Notes under the pieces: generated by a model
The model's input: only the letters and a program-made list of their open reading frames with translations
Told to the model about the DNA's origin: nothing
Databases searched by the model: none
Shown here: positions 37,777-49,828 of the stretch, piece by piece
How positions within the stretch are numbered: the first letter of the stretch is position 1
Layout: each line of letters starts with the position of its first letter
Translations under genes and position numbers: made by a program
NCBI RefSeq assembly: GCF_006345805.1
Contig: NC_043002.1
Location: 45,880,001-45,944,000 of the forward strand
Source of the DNA: Octopus sinensis
Taxonomy: Eukaryota
Length of the DNA stretch: 64,000 bases
Direction: 5' to 3'

Positions 37777-39150
37777 CCCTTTCGTTACCAAACCGCCCAA
37801 AGCCGCCTGAAAAAAATTTTGGTTCATGTGACCATGCCGCCCGTAATTAGCTATTCATATTTAAATGAGAATATCAGAGCAAATCTCCTTAGTACATTCG
37901 TGAAAACACGTGATTATACTTCGTAAACAGTTCATCTACAGTTTTGTACAATGATCGAAGTGTAATTTTAATTCCGTGAATTTTGGGAGATTTTTTTCAG
38001 AAATTTGTTCCTATTGTGTTTTCAAAATTTGTAATTCTGACAAAAAATGGATACGAATTTCATTATATCAATCAAGCAGTGAGTCAGAATTCGAAGGATT
38101 TTCTACTGAAGACCTTGATAAATCTAACTCTATGACTGAAAAAAAAAGCACGTGGTATTTGATAATGAATCCGAGAGCTCCGACAGCGATAAAAAAAATG
38201 AATTGGCACCTGAATGGAGTGAAAATTTAAAAACTGTTTCTTTCAGTGATTTTTCTGAAGAAACTGGACCAAGCCACAGTCTTTCCTAGGAGAGTAAAGC
38301 CTTAGACTATATCTTTTTACTTTTTCAAATGAGCCTATTTGAAATCATTACGGCGGAAACGAACCGTTACGCTAAATGTAAACAAAGCGAAAGAAAGGAT
38401 AGTTTGTTGTTTCCCACAACCTTAAATGAAATTAAGGCCTATTTTGCCATAAATATTATTATGGGTATCAGAAAGTTACCCATAAATATTATTATGGGTA
38501 TCAGAAAATTACGGCGGAAACGAACCGTTACGCTAAAAGTAAACAAAGTGAAAGAAAGGATAGTTTGTGATTTCCCACAACCGTAAATGAAATTAAGGCC
38601 TATTTTGCCATAAATATTATTATGAGTATCAGAAAGTTACCCAGAATAACAAATTCTATAGTAAAATTTTGTTGTATACCCAATTGAATATTAGCTAATA
38701 ACCCATTTTCTATAGCGATGTTTGAACAAAAATTTTAATAATTTTGTATTTTGTTGAATTTACCTGTATCTACCTGCAATTAGTCACTTTGTGACAAAAA
38801 TTATAGTATAGAATTGGTTGAGAACATTTCATTAAATTATCTTCCAAAAATCACATTTATATATTGATAAATAAAAAAGTTATAGTTGTTTAACCCTTTA
38901 GCATTTAAACTGGCCAGATCTGGTCTCTCACACCAACCCTACTATATCGGTTTAAAAATTAACAGCTACCTCATCAAAATCTCATAGCTACAAGATAATG
39001 CGTGATTAGTTCAAAACAATGTGGATAAAAAGGCATTGATTTTGGCAGAAGAATGCGAACACTAAAGGGTTAATGAAACCAGACTAAATTTATGATTATG
39101 TTAGAAATTAATTGAAACACATAAGGGTCAGAAATATAGTAACGAAAGGG
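37777..39150 (+). mobile_element. Internally deleted piggyBac element
   Basis: TIRs CCCTTTCGTTAC / GTAACGAAAGGG with TTAA on both sides. Transposase N-terminal remnants SSSESEFEGF and LFEIITAETNRYA...TTLNEIKAYFAINIIMGI; internal ~135-bp tandem duplication at 38348-38642. Confidence 0.92.
38894..39069. mobile_element. piggyBac-type MITE nested in the piggyBac element
   Basis: TTAA-CCCTTTAG...CTAAAGGG-TTAA; diverged relatives near 33620-33810 and 58365-58530. Confidence 0.85.
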
Positions 39151-40654
39151 TTAAACTTGTTGACCGCATTGAAGATTGTGTGGTGCCATGCATGACGGTC
39201 TGCCCAGCATTGGTGGTCAACACGACATGTGGTGAGAGACTTTGCCAATCAGGGCAATCTTAGGAAGGCGATGGTTCTCCATTCCAAAGACATGCCCTGC
39301 CCATCCGAGGTGGTACTTCAGTAGCATGGCTTCTATGCTGGGGATTTCAGCCTGCTCCAAAACTTCAATGTTTGTGACGAAGTAACTCCAGTGTATGTTG
39401 AGGATGGTGCAGAGACATCCCTGGTGGAAGCGCTCGAGGAGACAGATGTGACTGTGATATGTGACCCAGGTCTCTGAGCTGTAGAAGAGAGTGGTGATAA
39501 CCACGGCCCTGTAGGCGCTGATCCTTGTTTTGTTCTTTAGGTTATTCTTGTGCCAAAGATGTTTGTACAATCTACCAAAGGAGCTATTTGCCTTAGAGAG
39601 TCTATTGTCAATCCCTGCATCAGATGAGAAGACGCAGCCCAGGTATGTGAACTGTGTTGATTTCAGTTTGGTACCGCAGATAGTGATGTGGGGCAGGCAG
39701 GTGAAGTATCTCCATCTTCTTGAGGCTGACCTCCAGGCCAGAGTCGCGAGGCGTCCGCAAAGCAGGACATGATGAGCTGCAGAGCTTGCTCTGAGTGGGC
39801 GACAACAGCAGCATTGTATGTGAAGAGAGGTCTCAGATCAGCCTCTCCTGGGTCTTGAGGCGCCGTAGATTGAAGAGGCTGCCATCCAGACGGTACCTGA
39901 CAATATTCCCCAGTCTCCAGATCTTCAGTTGCATGCTTGAGCATCATGCTGAAGAGAGTCAGTGCTAGGACACAACCCTGCTTTATGCCGTTGGAGATGG
40001 GGAAGGGCTCCGACAGGATCTAGTCAAGTGCCTATAGTAGTATATTAGTCTAGTCATGTACCTATAGTAGTATACTTTTTAAAAATTTGCCATCAAATTT
40101 CACTTGAATTGCATCATGAAATAAACATCTAAATACGAGTTTAGCAACTGTTTTATCTTTCCTTGACAGAACGGATTGTGGTGGATGCAGGAGCAGTTGT
40201 GGTGCACCTGAGCACTGTATACAATAATTTCATTATTATCATTAATAATTGTCTTTTACTGATGCACGCTATATACAACACAGTTAATGTGTTATGCAAG
40301 AAGAATAGAATGCTTTACAAGGCTGCAAGGCCTGAATTTTTTTTATACTGGTGGGATAGCTTAACTGCCGAAGCTAAGTCATTTTTGTTTTGTGAACAGC
40401 AAAAAAAATATTTCCTTTCAATTATTTTTTGCCTGTAGTTCCTGATTCCTATTTTACTTGACTAGATCCTCATAACCATTCTAGATTTAAAAAATCCTAT
40501 TGCATTTTTATAATTATAATTAGAAATCATATTTAAAAATTATTGAAATACTTTGTGTATTGCAGGAATAACAAATTTATTGCACATAATCTTTTACAAC
40601 AAAATCCAATCTGGGCCGAATGGGCCACTGATGAGAACCAGTTGTAATGATTAG

Positions 40655-40985
40655 GTGCAGGTGGCTTGTGTTAAGAAACTTCCTTCTCAACCACATCATT
40701 CCAGGTTCAGTCCCACTGCATGGAACATTGGACAAGTGTCTTCTATTATAGCCCCGAACCGACCTTGTGGGTTGATTTGGTAGACGGAAACTGAAAGAAG
40801 CCTGTCGTACAAACGTGTGTGTGTATATCCCAACACCGTTTCACAGCAGGTGTTGATATTTACGTCCTTGTAACTTAGCGGTTCAGCGAAAGAGACCGAC
40901 AGAATAAGTACCAGGCTTTAAAAAATTAAGTTCTGGAGTCCATTCATTCGACTAAAAATTCATGGCCACAGTCTAAGGACTAAGG
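40655..40985 (+). mobile_element. SINE family 1 copy in RPL36 intron 2
   Basis: CCAGGTTCAGTCCCACTG...GGTAGACGGAAACTGAAAGAAGCC...GAGACCGACAGAATAAGTACCAGG. Confidence 0.85.
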
Positions 40986-41812
40986 ATACACGTTCTACAG
41001 AGTCCACACAAAATGCTAGTTTAAATAGGGTATTTAATTTGATTCAAAACAAAAATTCCTGGCCAAAATCCAAGGAGGTGCATTTCGCCGACCGCCAAAC
41101 AAAGTGATAAGTGCTTGTTGTCGAAGCGAAACGAGCACAATATACAAGGATCATCGTGCACTGCAATGCTACATGCTCGAATTCTGAAACCGTCCCGCAA
41201 ATATGAAACATGGCGGAGGTAAAGAATACGTACACCACCCGTTTTCGGCGTAACAAAAACCCTAACCCTAAATAAAGGATGTACGTATTCTTTACTTTCA
41301 CCTGAAACACTATAAACGAAGCATACATACATATACGTGGCAACTCAAAACAGTGAAAATCAAAATACCAGAACTATAACATTACTTGTTTCGCATACGC
41401 TGAAACGTTCAGAAGCAAAATGTAAAACCAAAACGGACACGGTGACATGTAATTAGTATTTGTGCATATATTGCTCAGTATTGTGAATATACTGACTGTA
41501 ACAAATCTAAATTTTATAGAAAGAATAACGCGAAGACGTTCCAGTGTGACCAACACTTCAGTACATCGTTCACTCTAAATTGTTTACCGCTCATAAATCT
41601 TATTAATGATACGACAGTTTCTATTATACTCAGACGATTGTTTTAGCTGGGTCGGCGAGTTTATCTCGCTGAAATGAACTAAATATATGAGAATACAATT
41701 AATATGGAGATATCGAAATGCAAATAATAGTAATGATAGATATTTTCAAACACGTGTTTCATTGCAACAATGAGTATGAGACATGAAATGTAGAATCTGA
41801 ATATAAACTTAC

Positions 41813-41908
41813 ATCCTTTCGTCTGGAAGGTTTCAATTTTCGACCAGGTAATTTTGTAACCTTATGACCCTTCTTCAGGCCAATGGCCAAATCGCAACGA
41901 ATTACCAT
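41813..41908 (-). CDS. RPL36: 60S ribosomal protein L36, first coding exon (MVIRCDLAIGLKKGHKVTKLPGRKLKPSRRKD)
   Basis: Conserved A.GL.KGHKVTK; CAG acceptor 2 nt before the ATG; GTAAGT donor; 96 nt. The spliced product is 112 aa. Confidence 0.96.
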
Positions 41909-42075
41909 TTCTGAAAAGGTAAAAAAAAAAAAATTAGCGTGGTTAATTAAAGCTATGGTATGTGGTATAATAAATGTTAACAATTAAACTAAAATTATAA
42001 TCAACATCTACATTAACAGGAGCAAATTAGCAATTATTTTGAAATAAATTAAACATAATTAAAACGTGAGATTAC

Positions 42076-42100
42076 TTGCGATTAGATTGGAGAGAAAAAT
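42076..42100 (-). promoter_or_regulatory. RPL36: Probable non-coding exon 1 of RPL36 with 5'-TOP/TCT-like pyrimidine tract
   Basis: Minus strand ATTTTTCTCTCCAATCTAATCGCAA|GTAATC, about 165 nt upstream of the exon 2 acceptor, as expected for ribosomal protein genes. Confidence 0.65.
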
Positions 42101-42838
42101 TCACTACGCAAACAGTATTTTTAATATGGCTGAAAGGAAGTAATTTATGGAAAACGTTAAAGAGTTCTTTCTATAAGTTATTTACAGTTATCTGCCCTTT
42201 GATAGTCAATTTATTATTGCATAAAATTGTCGTCTTCTATGCTTCTGACAAAATTAAACATAATTCAAATACCAGCATCAATTCAATCTTCTATAACCGC
42301 CCCCAAATTTGAGACTTTGTATTTCTGTTAGAAATTATATTGACGTTTAGCACCAATTCAGCCTTACTTGAACAGATAAGGTTAAAAACTTTCTAACCGT
42401 GACTATCCCGTTGTTTTAACACTGTATGTAGCATTACATGCAATACACACTTTCTTTTTTACTAAGAGAAAACGGTGCGATGTGGTAAAGATTCGGCTGC
42501 TATTTCTAGCAAGTAGAACAACTACGTAGAGGTACAAATGATGATTCAATTTACGATGTTGAATTCAAAAGATAACACAATCTAAAACGAGAATTGTTTC
42601 ACTTTATTTACGCGGTAACTAATCTTTGAATGGAAGCATGCAAAGTACCAGAATCTTTTGGAAAGTTGCAGAGAGAAAGATTGATAGGCATGGCTATTCC
42701 AAGTTGGCTGTTGAGGATTCACTGCCCAGTCAGTATGGAGAATGCTTGCAGCCACTGAAATAAAAGAAAAAAAGGAGAAAAAGTAGCTATGTACATGATG
42801 GGAAAAACAGCAGAAGGAGTCTCTTGCTGGTTATAGAG

Positions 42839-43098
42839 CAGTGGTTCCCAAACTTTTGGGGGCTGGCACCCAGGCTACATTCCTAGCACCCTCCTCCCAA
42901 CTTACCACCACAAACATAGACCTCTTTCTGAAGCAAATTCAAAACAACTGCATTTCACAAATAAAACTTAACCTAATTAACCTATTATTTTGTTATTTTT
43001 GACTACCCCATTATCACCCCACTTTTCTTCAATGCCCCTTTGGAACTTTCCACCCCCTCCCCCCTAGGGAGCAGTACCACCCACTTTGGGAGCCACTG
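42839..43098. mobile_element. hAT MITE, 260 bp
   Basis: TIRs CAGTGGTTCCCAAA / TTTGGGAGCCACTG; identical TSD TTATAGAG at 42831-42838 and 43099-43106. Confidence 0.92.
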
Positions 43099-43409
43099 TT
43101 ATAGAGTAAGAGAGAGGAGTTAATCTGCAAGCTAGGAAGTGATTTAGCCAACACTGGTGACCCAATTGAGGGAGGATGTTACAGTTCAGGGTCAAAACAT
43201 GTTCAATACTGTCTGGTGATATCAATTCTTCATGGTCAAAAACTGCATTCACCAAAGGTGAAGATAAAGCATTTCCTTTTTAGATGTAATCATCATCAAA
43301 TTATGTATATATGTTTGGGGATACAAAAAGAAAAACAGAACTCAAAACATGAGTGTGTATGTGTACATATATATTTTATTTATAATCGACAGAAGTGCCA
43401 ATGCATAAA

Positions 43410-43740
43410 ACTCTTAGCCTTTGAGTTACTCTGTAACTTCTGCCAATTATTAATAAAATATACATATATATGCTTATGGCAAAGAGATAAGGTGCAAGCG
43501 TGTTGCCATGTAATACTCTGGCTTTGACTTCAAAGTATTCTGTCTCTCCATCAAGAGTGATCATTTTTGCTCTGGTGTTCTCATACAGCTTACTAATTGC
43601 TCTCAGAATTCCTGGTGGAATATCATATGCTTTAAGTATATTCATCATCATTCCTCTATGTACTGAATCAAAAGCCATTTTAAAGTCTAATGATAGCCTT
43701 CCTGTTATGGCTCTTAACTCCCTCTATCACTCTTCTGGCA
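43410..43740 (-). mobile_element. Non-LTR retrotransposon RT fragment (RTE-like)
   Basis: ORF 43376-43678 AFDSVHRGMMMNILKAYDIP...LYENTRAK...GETEYFEV...GNTLAPYLF matches RT domains 3-4. Confidence 0.82.
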
Positions 43741-44185
43741 ACTGAAGGAAGATGGAATTCCATACTCAATATCATGGAAAATCCTCCACTGTCTGGGTCC
43801 GTACATCAATGGAACGAAACATTGCAATTTATGCGTAACTGAACACATGGAAATCCTGAAAAACTCGCATGTACCAGGGAACATACTGAACTCCAGAAAG
43901 GATAATAGTGGTATTAGCAATAATTACATCACAGCTGGAGTAGGAGATAACCCCCTACCTTTTACCCTCATAGCCAACAGGTGGCATAGCCGAAGGAGGA
44001 TGACACAACCAGAAGCTGATGACCAGCAGTAAAGGGAGATAATCCCCATCGTTTATATCTCATTTCCCCCTCCATATTTTAAAAAGGCCATAGGCCAACA
44101 GGTCTCAGGGTCTAAAGATACAGCATAAAGGTACCCTTTATGGTGAGAAATCCAGGGTAACCCTAAACTAGCCTTCATCAGTAAT
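43740..44185 (+). mobile_element. Penelope-like GIY-YIG C-terminus plus 3' flank
   Basis: Plus strand reads LKEDGIPYSISWKILHCLGPYINGTKHCNLCVTEHMEILK...LNSRKD, the same motif as at 4388-4624 and 10418-10696. Confidence 0.78.
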
Positions 44186-44300
44186 ATATATATATGTATA
44201 TATATATGTATAAAATGAGGAAGGGTGGCTTATTTTTTTAAATATATACTGCTCTATATCTTACAGTGTTCTTCTTTAGGATTTATGTTTTTTACAAACG

Positions 44301-44374
<74 letters not shown>

Positions 44375-44594
44375 GTGTACATATATCTATATACATGTGT
44401 GTGTGTGTGTATGTATGCATGTATGTATGTGTGTGTGTATACATATACGAGGTTGCAAGAGTTGGTCTACAGTCATCAACAGCATCACAATAAAGAAAGC
44501 ATTCAGCAAAGAAGAAACTGAATTCTTGGATACGAGACAAAGCCGATGACAATATACATACATATATGTAGTGGTGGGGTAGGTGTATGAAGCA

Positions 44595-45395
44595 GTGACA
44601 GTTAATAAACTTTAGACCTGTTCAGATATGTTTGAGATATATTTGAGCCTCTAAAGGCTTTTCACTGCAGTTTGCTGCAGAGAAAAATTCTCACTTCAAA
44701 ATACAAAGGTATTGTAAAACCATTGTCAGCTTAGAGCACCTTCTATGGACTGGTGGATCCATTTCAAACTTTTTAGTTCTCTTCAGCACCACATACCAAT
44801 AGCAACATCTCTGAGCTTACCGGAAAGCTTTGTTTCCTTTATCAGAAATCAGTAAATGTTATATACTTATTGTGCTCACTGGCTGCTAGATCAGGACAAA
44901 TATATGGTTAGGTGCATTAAGCAGTGACAGAAAATAAACAAACTTTAGGCCAGTTCAAATATGACTGAGACATAAAGAACTATAAAGTTTGAAATGCATT
45001 CACCAGTCCATAGACAGAATTCTGAACCCAGTAAAGTGTTCTAACACCTTTTAGGTCTTAATTGAGAACTTTTCTCCATGGCAAACTGTAGTGAAAAACC
45101 TTTACAGGTTTAAACATATCTGAACTGATCAAAAGTTTATTTTCTGTCCTAACTTGTTAGTGTGCGCAATCAGTAAAATGATATTTGCCGATTTTTGATA
45201 AAGGAAGCAAAGCTTTCTAGTAAACTCAGAGTTGTCTCGGTAGCTAGTGATAAGAACTAAAGAGTTCATAATGTATCCACAAGTGTATTGAGGTCGTTCT
45301 AAGTTGATCATAGTGTCTAAAGTGAAAATTTTCCTTTGTGGTAACTTTAGTGAAAAGCATTTACAGATTCAAATTTGTCTCAAACAAATTTGAAC
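44595..45395. repeat. Compound tandem-plus-inverted repeat (~300-340-bp unit)
   Basis: 44597-44780 matches the reverse complement of 44975-45150; 44750-44960 matches the reverse complement of about 45115-45295. Confidence 0.8.
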
Positions 45396-46077
45396 TGAGA
45401 GAATTGTTAGCACACCAGGCGAAATGCTTAGCAGTATTTCGTCTGCTGTTACATTTTGAGTTGTAACTCCACTGAGGTTGACTTGCCTTGCCTCCTTTTG
45501 GGGTCAATTAAAAAAGTACCAGTTATGCACTGGGGTCGATGCAATTGACTTAAACCCATTGTCTGTTCTTGTTTGTCTCCTCTATGTTTAGCCCACTGTA
45601 GGCTATAAAGAAATATATATATAATTTCTGGTCTGAATAATATATATATTGTTGTCATCATTGTCGTTTAACATCCTCCTTCTATGCTGCCATGGGTTGG
45701 ATGGTTTGACAGGAGCTGACCAGGCAGAAGGCTGTGCCATTCTTATATGTGTGTTCTGACATAGTTTTTTTATGGTTGGATGCCCTTCCTAACACCAACT
45801 GCTCTGTAGAGTGGGTTGAGAGCTTTTTACATGGCACCAGTACAGGTGAGGTTAGTTTCAGCATGGTTTTTACTGCTGGATGCCCTTCCAAATGTCAACC
45901 ACTTTACAATGTGGAGTGGAAGCTTTTTCAGTGGCACCTGCACTGGAAGGGTCACCAAATAACTTTGCAAGACAAGTAATCTTTGAGAGAAGAGAGAGCA
46001 CTGGAGGAGGTGATCTTGTGACAGAAAGACAGAAACAGATGCTTTGTTGTAGACGAGGTACATGGTTACCCAGCAAG

Positions 46078-46148
<71 letters not shown>

Positions 46149-46324
46149 GAGTAATCGAGAATGAGGGCAGAAACAGGTGTGCTGTTGTAGAGGAAATACA
46201 TGGTTACCCAGCCAGAGAGTTAGTAGTTTTGTTTTGTTGGGGTAGGGTGTGTGAAAACTTTGGTGTTACGTGTGGGTAGAACACAACACTTTTGGAACCC
46301 AGGTTCATTGACATGAGTGAATCT

Positions 46325-46900
46325 TGTCTAGAACCTCATATTATCAGATATCTTGGTTCATTGTCATTTCCTCTGTGAGCCTCAACATCCTGAGTTCAAT
46401 CCTTACCACTCCATCCCATATCTTCCTGGGTCTCCCTCTTCCACAGGTACCATCTACTTTCAGTGACTGTCACATCTTTATACAGCTGTCTTCATTCATA
46501 TGCATCACATGTCCAAATCAATGTAGTCTCCTGTCTTGGATGCTGCATTTGATTCCTCTTATGCTCAACTTTTCTCTCAACACATTGGCACTTTGTTGTT
46601 CATGCACATTGATGCTGCACATCCAGTAGAGTGTACTCCCTTCATTCCTCTCTAGTCTAGGCATGTCCTCTCCTTCAGAGCCCACGTCTCACTACCACAG
46701 AGTATAGCCATTCATACAAAGGTGTCATACTATCTACCTTTCAGCCTGAGACAGAGTCCTTTTGCTGCAAACAGAGATAGTAGCTTTCTGAACTTCATCC
46801 ATCTTATTCTTACTCTAGAAACAATACTTTCAGAGCATTCACTGCCATTGCTTGGTCACCAAGGTAACTATTTACTACTTCAAGAGGGCCTCCAGGGCAT
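46325..46900 (-). mobile_element. Diverged RTE LINE 3' ORF fragment
   Basis: Contains CCATATCTTCCTGGGTCTCCCTCTTCCACAGGTACC, the reverse complement of the GTCGRGRPRKIW region also seen at 12590-12620. Confidence 0.75.
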
Positions 46901-48429
46901 TTGAGAGAATCTAAATCTCAGTGTCCTTAAGGCTTATTGTTCCAGCACATCTGCCACGCACAAAGGCGACCATATCTATATCTATATAAAGAGATAGATA
47001 GACAGATAGATAGAGAGATGGGGCAGGGGAGGGGTTAAAGAAAAATGTTGAAAATGCACTTGGAGTCTTTAAGAAGATTTATTTACATTTGCTAAAAAAG
47101 GAAATCATATTTTTTACTGAAACAGAGAAAAATTTTTGTAAAATAAAGTTTGTTGTTTCATGTGAAGAATTGAAACTGTTTATTCAATAATTTTTTTTTC
47201 CTGTATGATTTGAAACTTGTTTAAGTCTGTTAGAGTTCCAGATGAAAAGTTGGTAGATTTTTTTTTACTCTATGTTTAAAAATTATTCCTGTGTTTCAGT
47301 TTATGATAATTACAATTCTGAATAAAAAGTGTTTCTCAAAATTTCAGTTGTTTAAAAAACACTTTTATCCCCACTTTTGTAACTTTTTCATTTCCTATGG
47401 TGTATGAGATTTCTTATCTGCACCTTTTCACAAAGCTGAAACAAATGAACCCTTTAATTTTTTAGGCATTTATTTACATTTAAAGCTTACGCTTTGTTAG
47501 CATGTTTTTTTACATTATCATCTCTCTATTCTTATTCTCTTCCTTGGGGGTGTGTATGTGTATTTGTGTGATGGATGGTTTCTTTTGTTCTTTAACTCCA
47601 GTTCAGTCCTGATTGAGCAGGCCTAATACAGCATTGAATCACTCATTTGGCTTCCAGAAATCCAGAAATACTGTACAATATACTGTACCCTGTATTGAGC
47701 AAACAGACCCTGTTTTGAAGTTGGTTAATTTGCATATGGTGTGTTAAAATAGTTTTATGCATTACCTTTTTTAAGAGGGATTATTAAAAATTAAACATGC
47801 CCTGCTTTAAAGCGTATTAATTTGTACCTGTATCTGTTAAGTAAAATTATGGTTTTAACTTTTTCTTCATTTAATTTTCATCTTGGAAACATTATACTGT
47901 GTACATAGTACAATATGTTATATTTAAAAAATTTCAAGTGGATTAATAAATATCAAACAGACCCTGCTTTCTAAGTGTATTAATTTGAATCTCTTAAATG
48001 CAGTTTGGTTCTTTACTTTTCATAGTTATTTCATATTTTAGGTTTGTTCTTAAGCTGTCTACTGAAAATCCAGAAATCCAGGCCAATTCTGGTTTACAGC
48101 TTGCCAAATATTTGGTATGGTACTCTATAAAAGGCATTCCAGTGATGACTTCTTTCAAGCATTACATTTCCATGCCTACATTATACAATGTCTCCCTATT
48201 ATGCTGGGACACAGCCTTGGAATGTTTAGTCAAGCAAATCTTAATATTGGTAAAGTTTAGAAAAACATTTCTTTAGAAGAATTTTGTGGCATTCTTTATA
48301 TCTGCTGCCCAGACTTCGTTACCACTAATTTCTCTAACTATAGCATTTTCACTTATTCTTTTCAAACTTGTTTGAATTTTCAATCTTATGTAATCCACAC
48401 TCTTGAAAATGTATTTCAGCAAAATGTTA

Positions 48430-49200
48430 TCTAAAAATATGGGTAAAGAAAGAAACAGCGAAAAAAAATGGCGGGGTGGGGTGAAATTTCAGAGGGTTCC
48501 ACCCCACTCACCCCCAATTTTCCGGACAAAAAAAGTGTTTTGTGGCATGTTAGGAAGTCACTGTAAGTAGTTAATATATAGTTTAACTCCCTGTCATAGA
48601 GAGAAAAACCCCGTCTAATAGGAGTAAAAAATGTGTAGAAAACGAATGTGAAAACAAAAATTTGCACAAACGAACACAAGGTGAGGAGAGGACTTTCTGA
48701 AAATTCCCATGATCCAATTTTTCCTTCATAACTTCCAGGAAAATGGATACATATTAATGAAATTTTATAGAAATTCATTCAACGGAAAAAAACATTTCCA
48801 ATAATTCCGGGAAGGGGAAGGGTCCTATTCCCCACCTCACTTTTTTTCCAAACCAAAGTAAGAGGTTTGTGGCATATTAGAAGATCAGGGTACTTGATTC
48901 CACGAGAAAAATTCGAGGTCTTTTTTTTTACTTAGTGAACTGCGTGCGGGTGTATTTTCCAAATTTACCAAAATTTCATTAAAAATATCAATTTTTCGGA
49001 AAGTTATGAGGAAATAAAGTCAACCCATGTGAATTTTCCGAAACTTCTCTCCCAAACCTCGCAAAATCTTTTTCACAATAAATTCCGTTGTCATCGGAAC
49101 CTACCCCATCTGCAGCAGATTTATAGACAATTTCATCAAAAAAATATCTATTTTTCTGGAAGTTATGAGGAAACAAAATCGGGTGGTAGAAGTGGGGGGG
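48430..49200. repeat. Modular inverted-repeat (foldback-like) element
   Basis: TTCCTTCATAACTTCCAGGAAAA...AATGAAATT (48720-48775) is inverted relative to AATTTCATT...TTTTCGGAAAGTTATGAGGAAA (48972-49015); the module recurs at 49155-49180. Confidence 0.6.
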
Positions 49201-49369
49201 GGGTACACATGTCTTGGTATGTCACATATATAATGCCCATATACTGCCTACTGCGATAGCCAATAAAATAGAAATTAAATTTTAAGATTTATTCTTTCTG
49301 TGCGACCCGGTACAAAATGATCCAGGGCGCGGTTGATGGGGGCACCTGTTTAGTGGAAGTTATATTGTT

Positions 49370-49599
49370 GGCGGCGAGCTAGCAGAATCGTTAGCACGTC
49401 GGGCGAAATGCTTAGCGGTATTTCGTCTGCCGTTACGTTGTGAGTTCAAATTCTGCCGAGGTCGACTTTGCCTTTCATCCTTTCGGGGTCGATAAATTAA
49501 GTACCAGTTAAGCACTGGGGTCGATATAATCGACTTAATACCTATGTCTGTCCATGTTTGTCCCCTCTATGTTCAGCCCCTTGTGGGTAATAAAGAAAT
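49370..49599 (+). mobile_element. Full-length young SINE (family 2) with TSD
   Basis: GGCGGCGAGCTAGCAGAATCGTTAG...GAGTTCAAATTC...GCCTTTCATCCTTTCGGGGTCGATAAATTAAGTACCAG; flanked by AGTTATATTG(T/C)T at 49358-49369 and 49600-49611. Confidence 0.9.
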
Positions 49600-49781
49600 A
49601 GTTATATTGCTGGCTGAGTAATGTGTTGTTTAATGAACTGTCAACAAGTAAGGGAGATAATTTATGAAACTCCTTCCTATTCTCGAACCAGACCTATTTT
49701 CTGTTGACGGAAGATCGCGGTTATTTTTAAAAATATGAAACCCCAACACTATATTGGATATACTTAACAATTAAAGCAATC

Positions 49782-49828
49782 ATGAGTGAACGTTTATCAA
49801 ACCGTTCTGCAAAATCCTCACGGTTTTC
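49782..49828 (+). CDS. Candidate first exon of the plus-strand gene (MSERLSNRSAKSSRF-S)
   Basis: ATG in a CpG-rich region with a GTAAGT donor in phase 2, which is in frame with the phase-2 acceptor at 56010. No transcript evidence. Confidence 0.45.

Larger units (their letters stand above)
37581..40020 (-). mobile_element. RTE-BovB-like LINE fragment in RPL36 intron 2, split by a piggyBac element
   Basis: Broken RT (PFPISNGIKQGCVL; ORF 39217-39570 ISAYRAVVITTLFYSSETW...LERFHQ.CL..IL.I.W); tail AATCTTCGTTCGCAAAGCCAAGCC at 37581; sequence resumes across the TTAA site. Confidence 0.82.

Noticed and set aside
40150-40230. Plus-strand acceptor followed by a Cys-rich frame (TDCGGCRSSCGAPEHCIQ*) or a TGA-containing frame suggesting a selenoprotein
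   Set aside because: No partner exons, no recognisable family and no SECIS; it is antisense within the RPL36 intron.
41258-41271. Canonical telomerase RNA gene
   Set aside because: The template-like repeat sits in a 45-nt hairpin loop with no room for the pseudoknot, and I could not see CR4/5 or H/ACA domains downstream. It is kept only as an unexplained motif.
34860-41812. Intron-encoded snoRNA in RPL36
   Set aside because: I found no convincing C/D box pair with a terminal stem and no two-hairpin H/ACA arrangement by eye. A snoscan/snoGPS/Infernal search would be needed to exclude one.
42645-42685. Alternative pyrimidine-rich first exon for RPL36 (TCTTTCTCTCTGC...CTG|GTACTT)
   Set aside because: It has a weaker donor and is further away than the 42076-42100 candidate. 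It cannot be excluded without CAGE data.
44170-44185. CTGATGAAGG on the minus strand at the end of the Penelope fragment
   Set aside because: No downstream stem II-GAAA or cleavage site.
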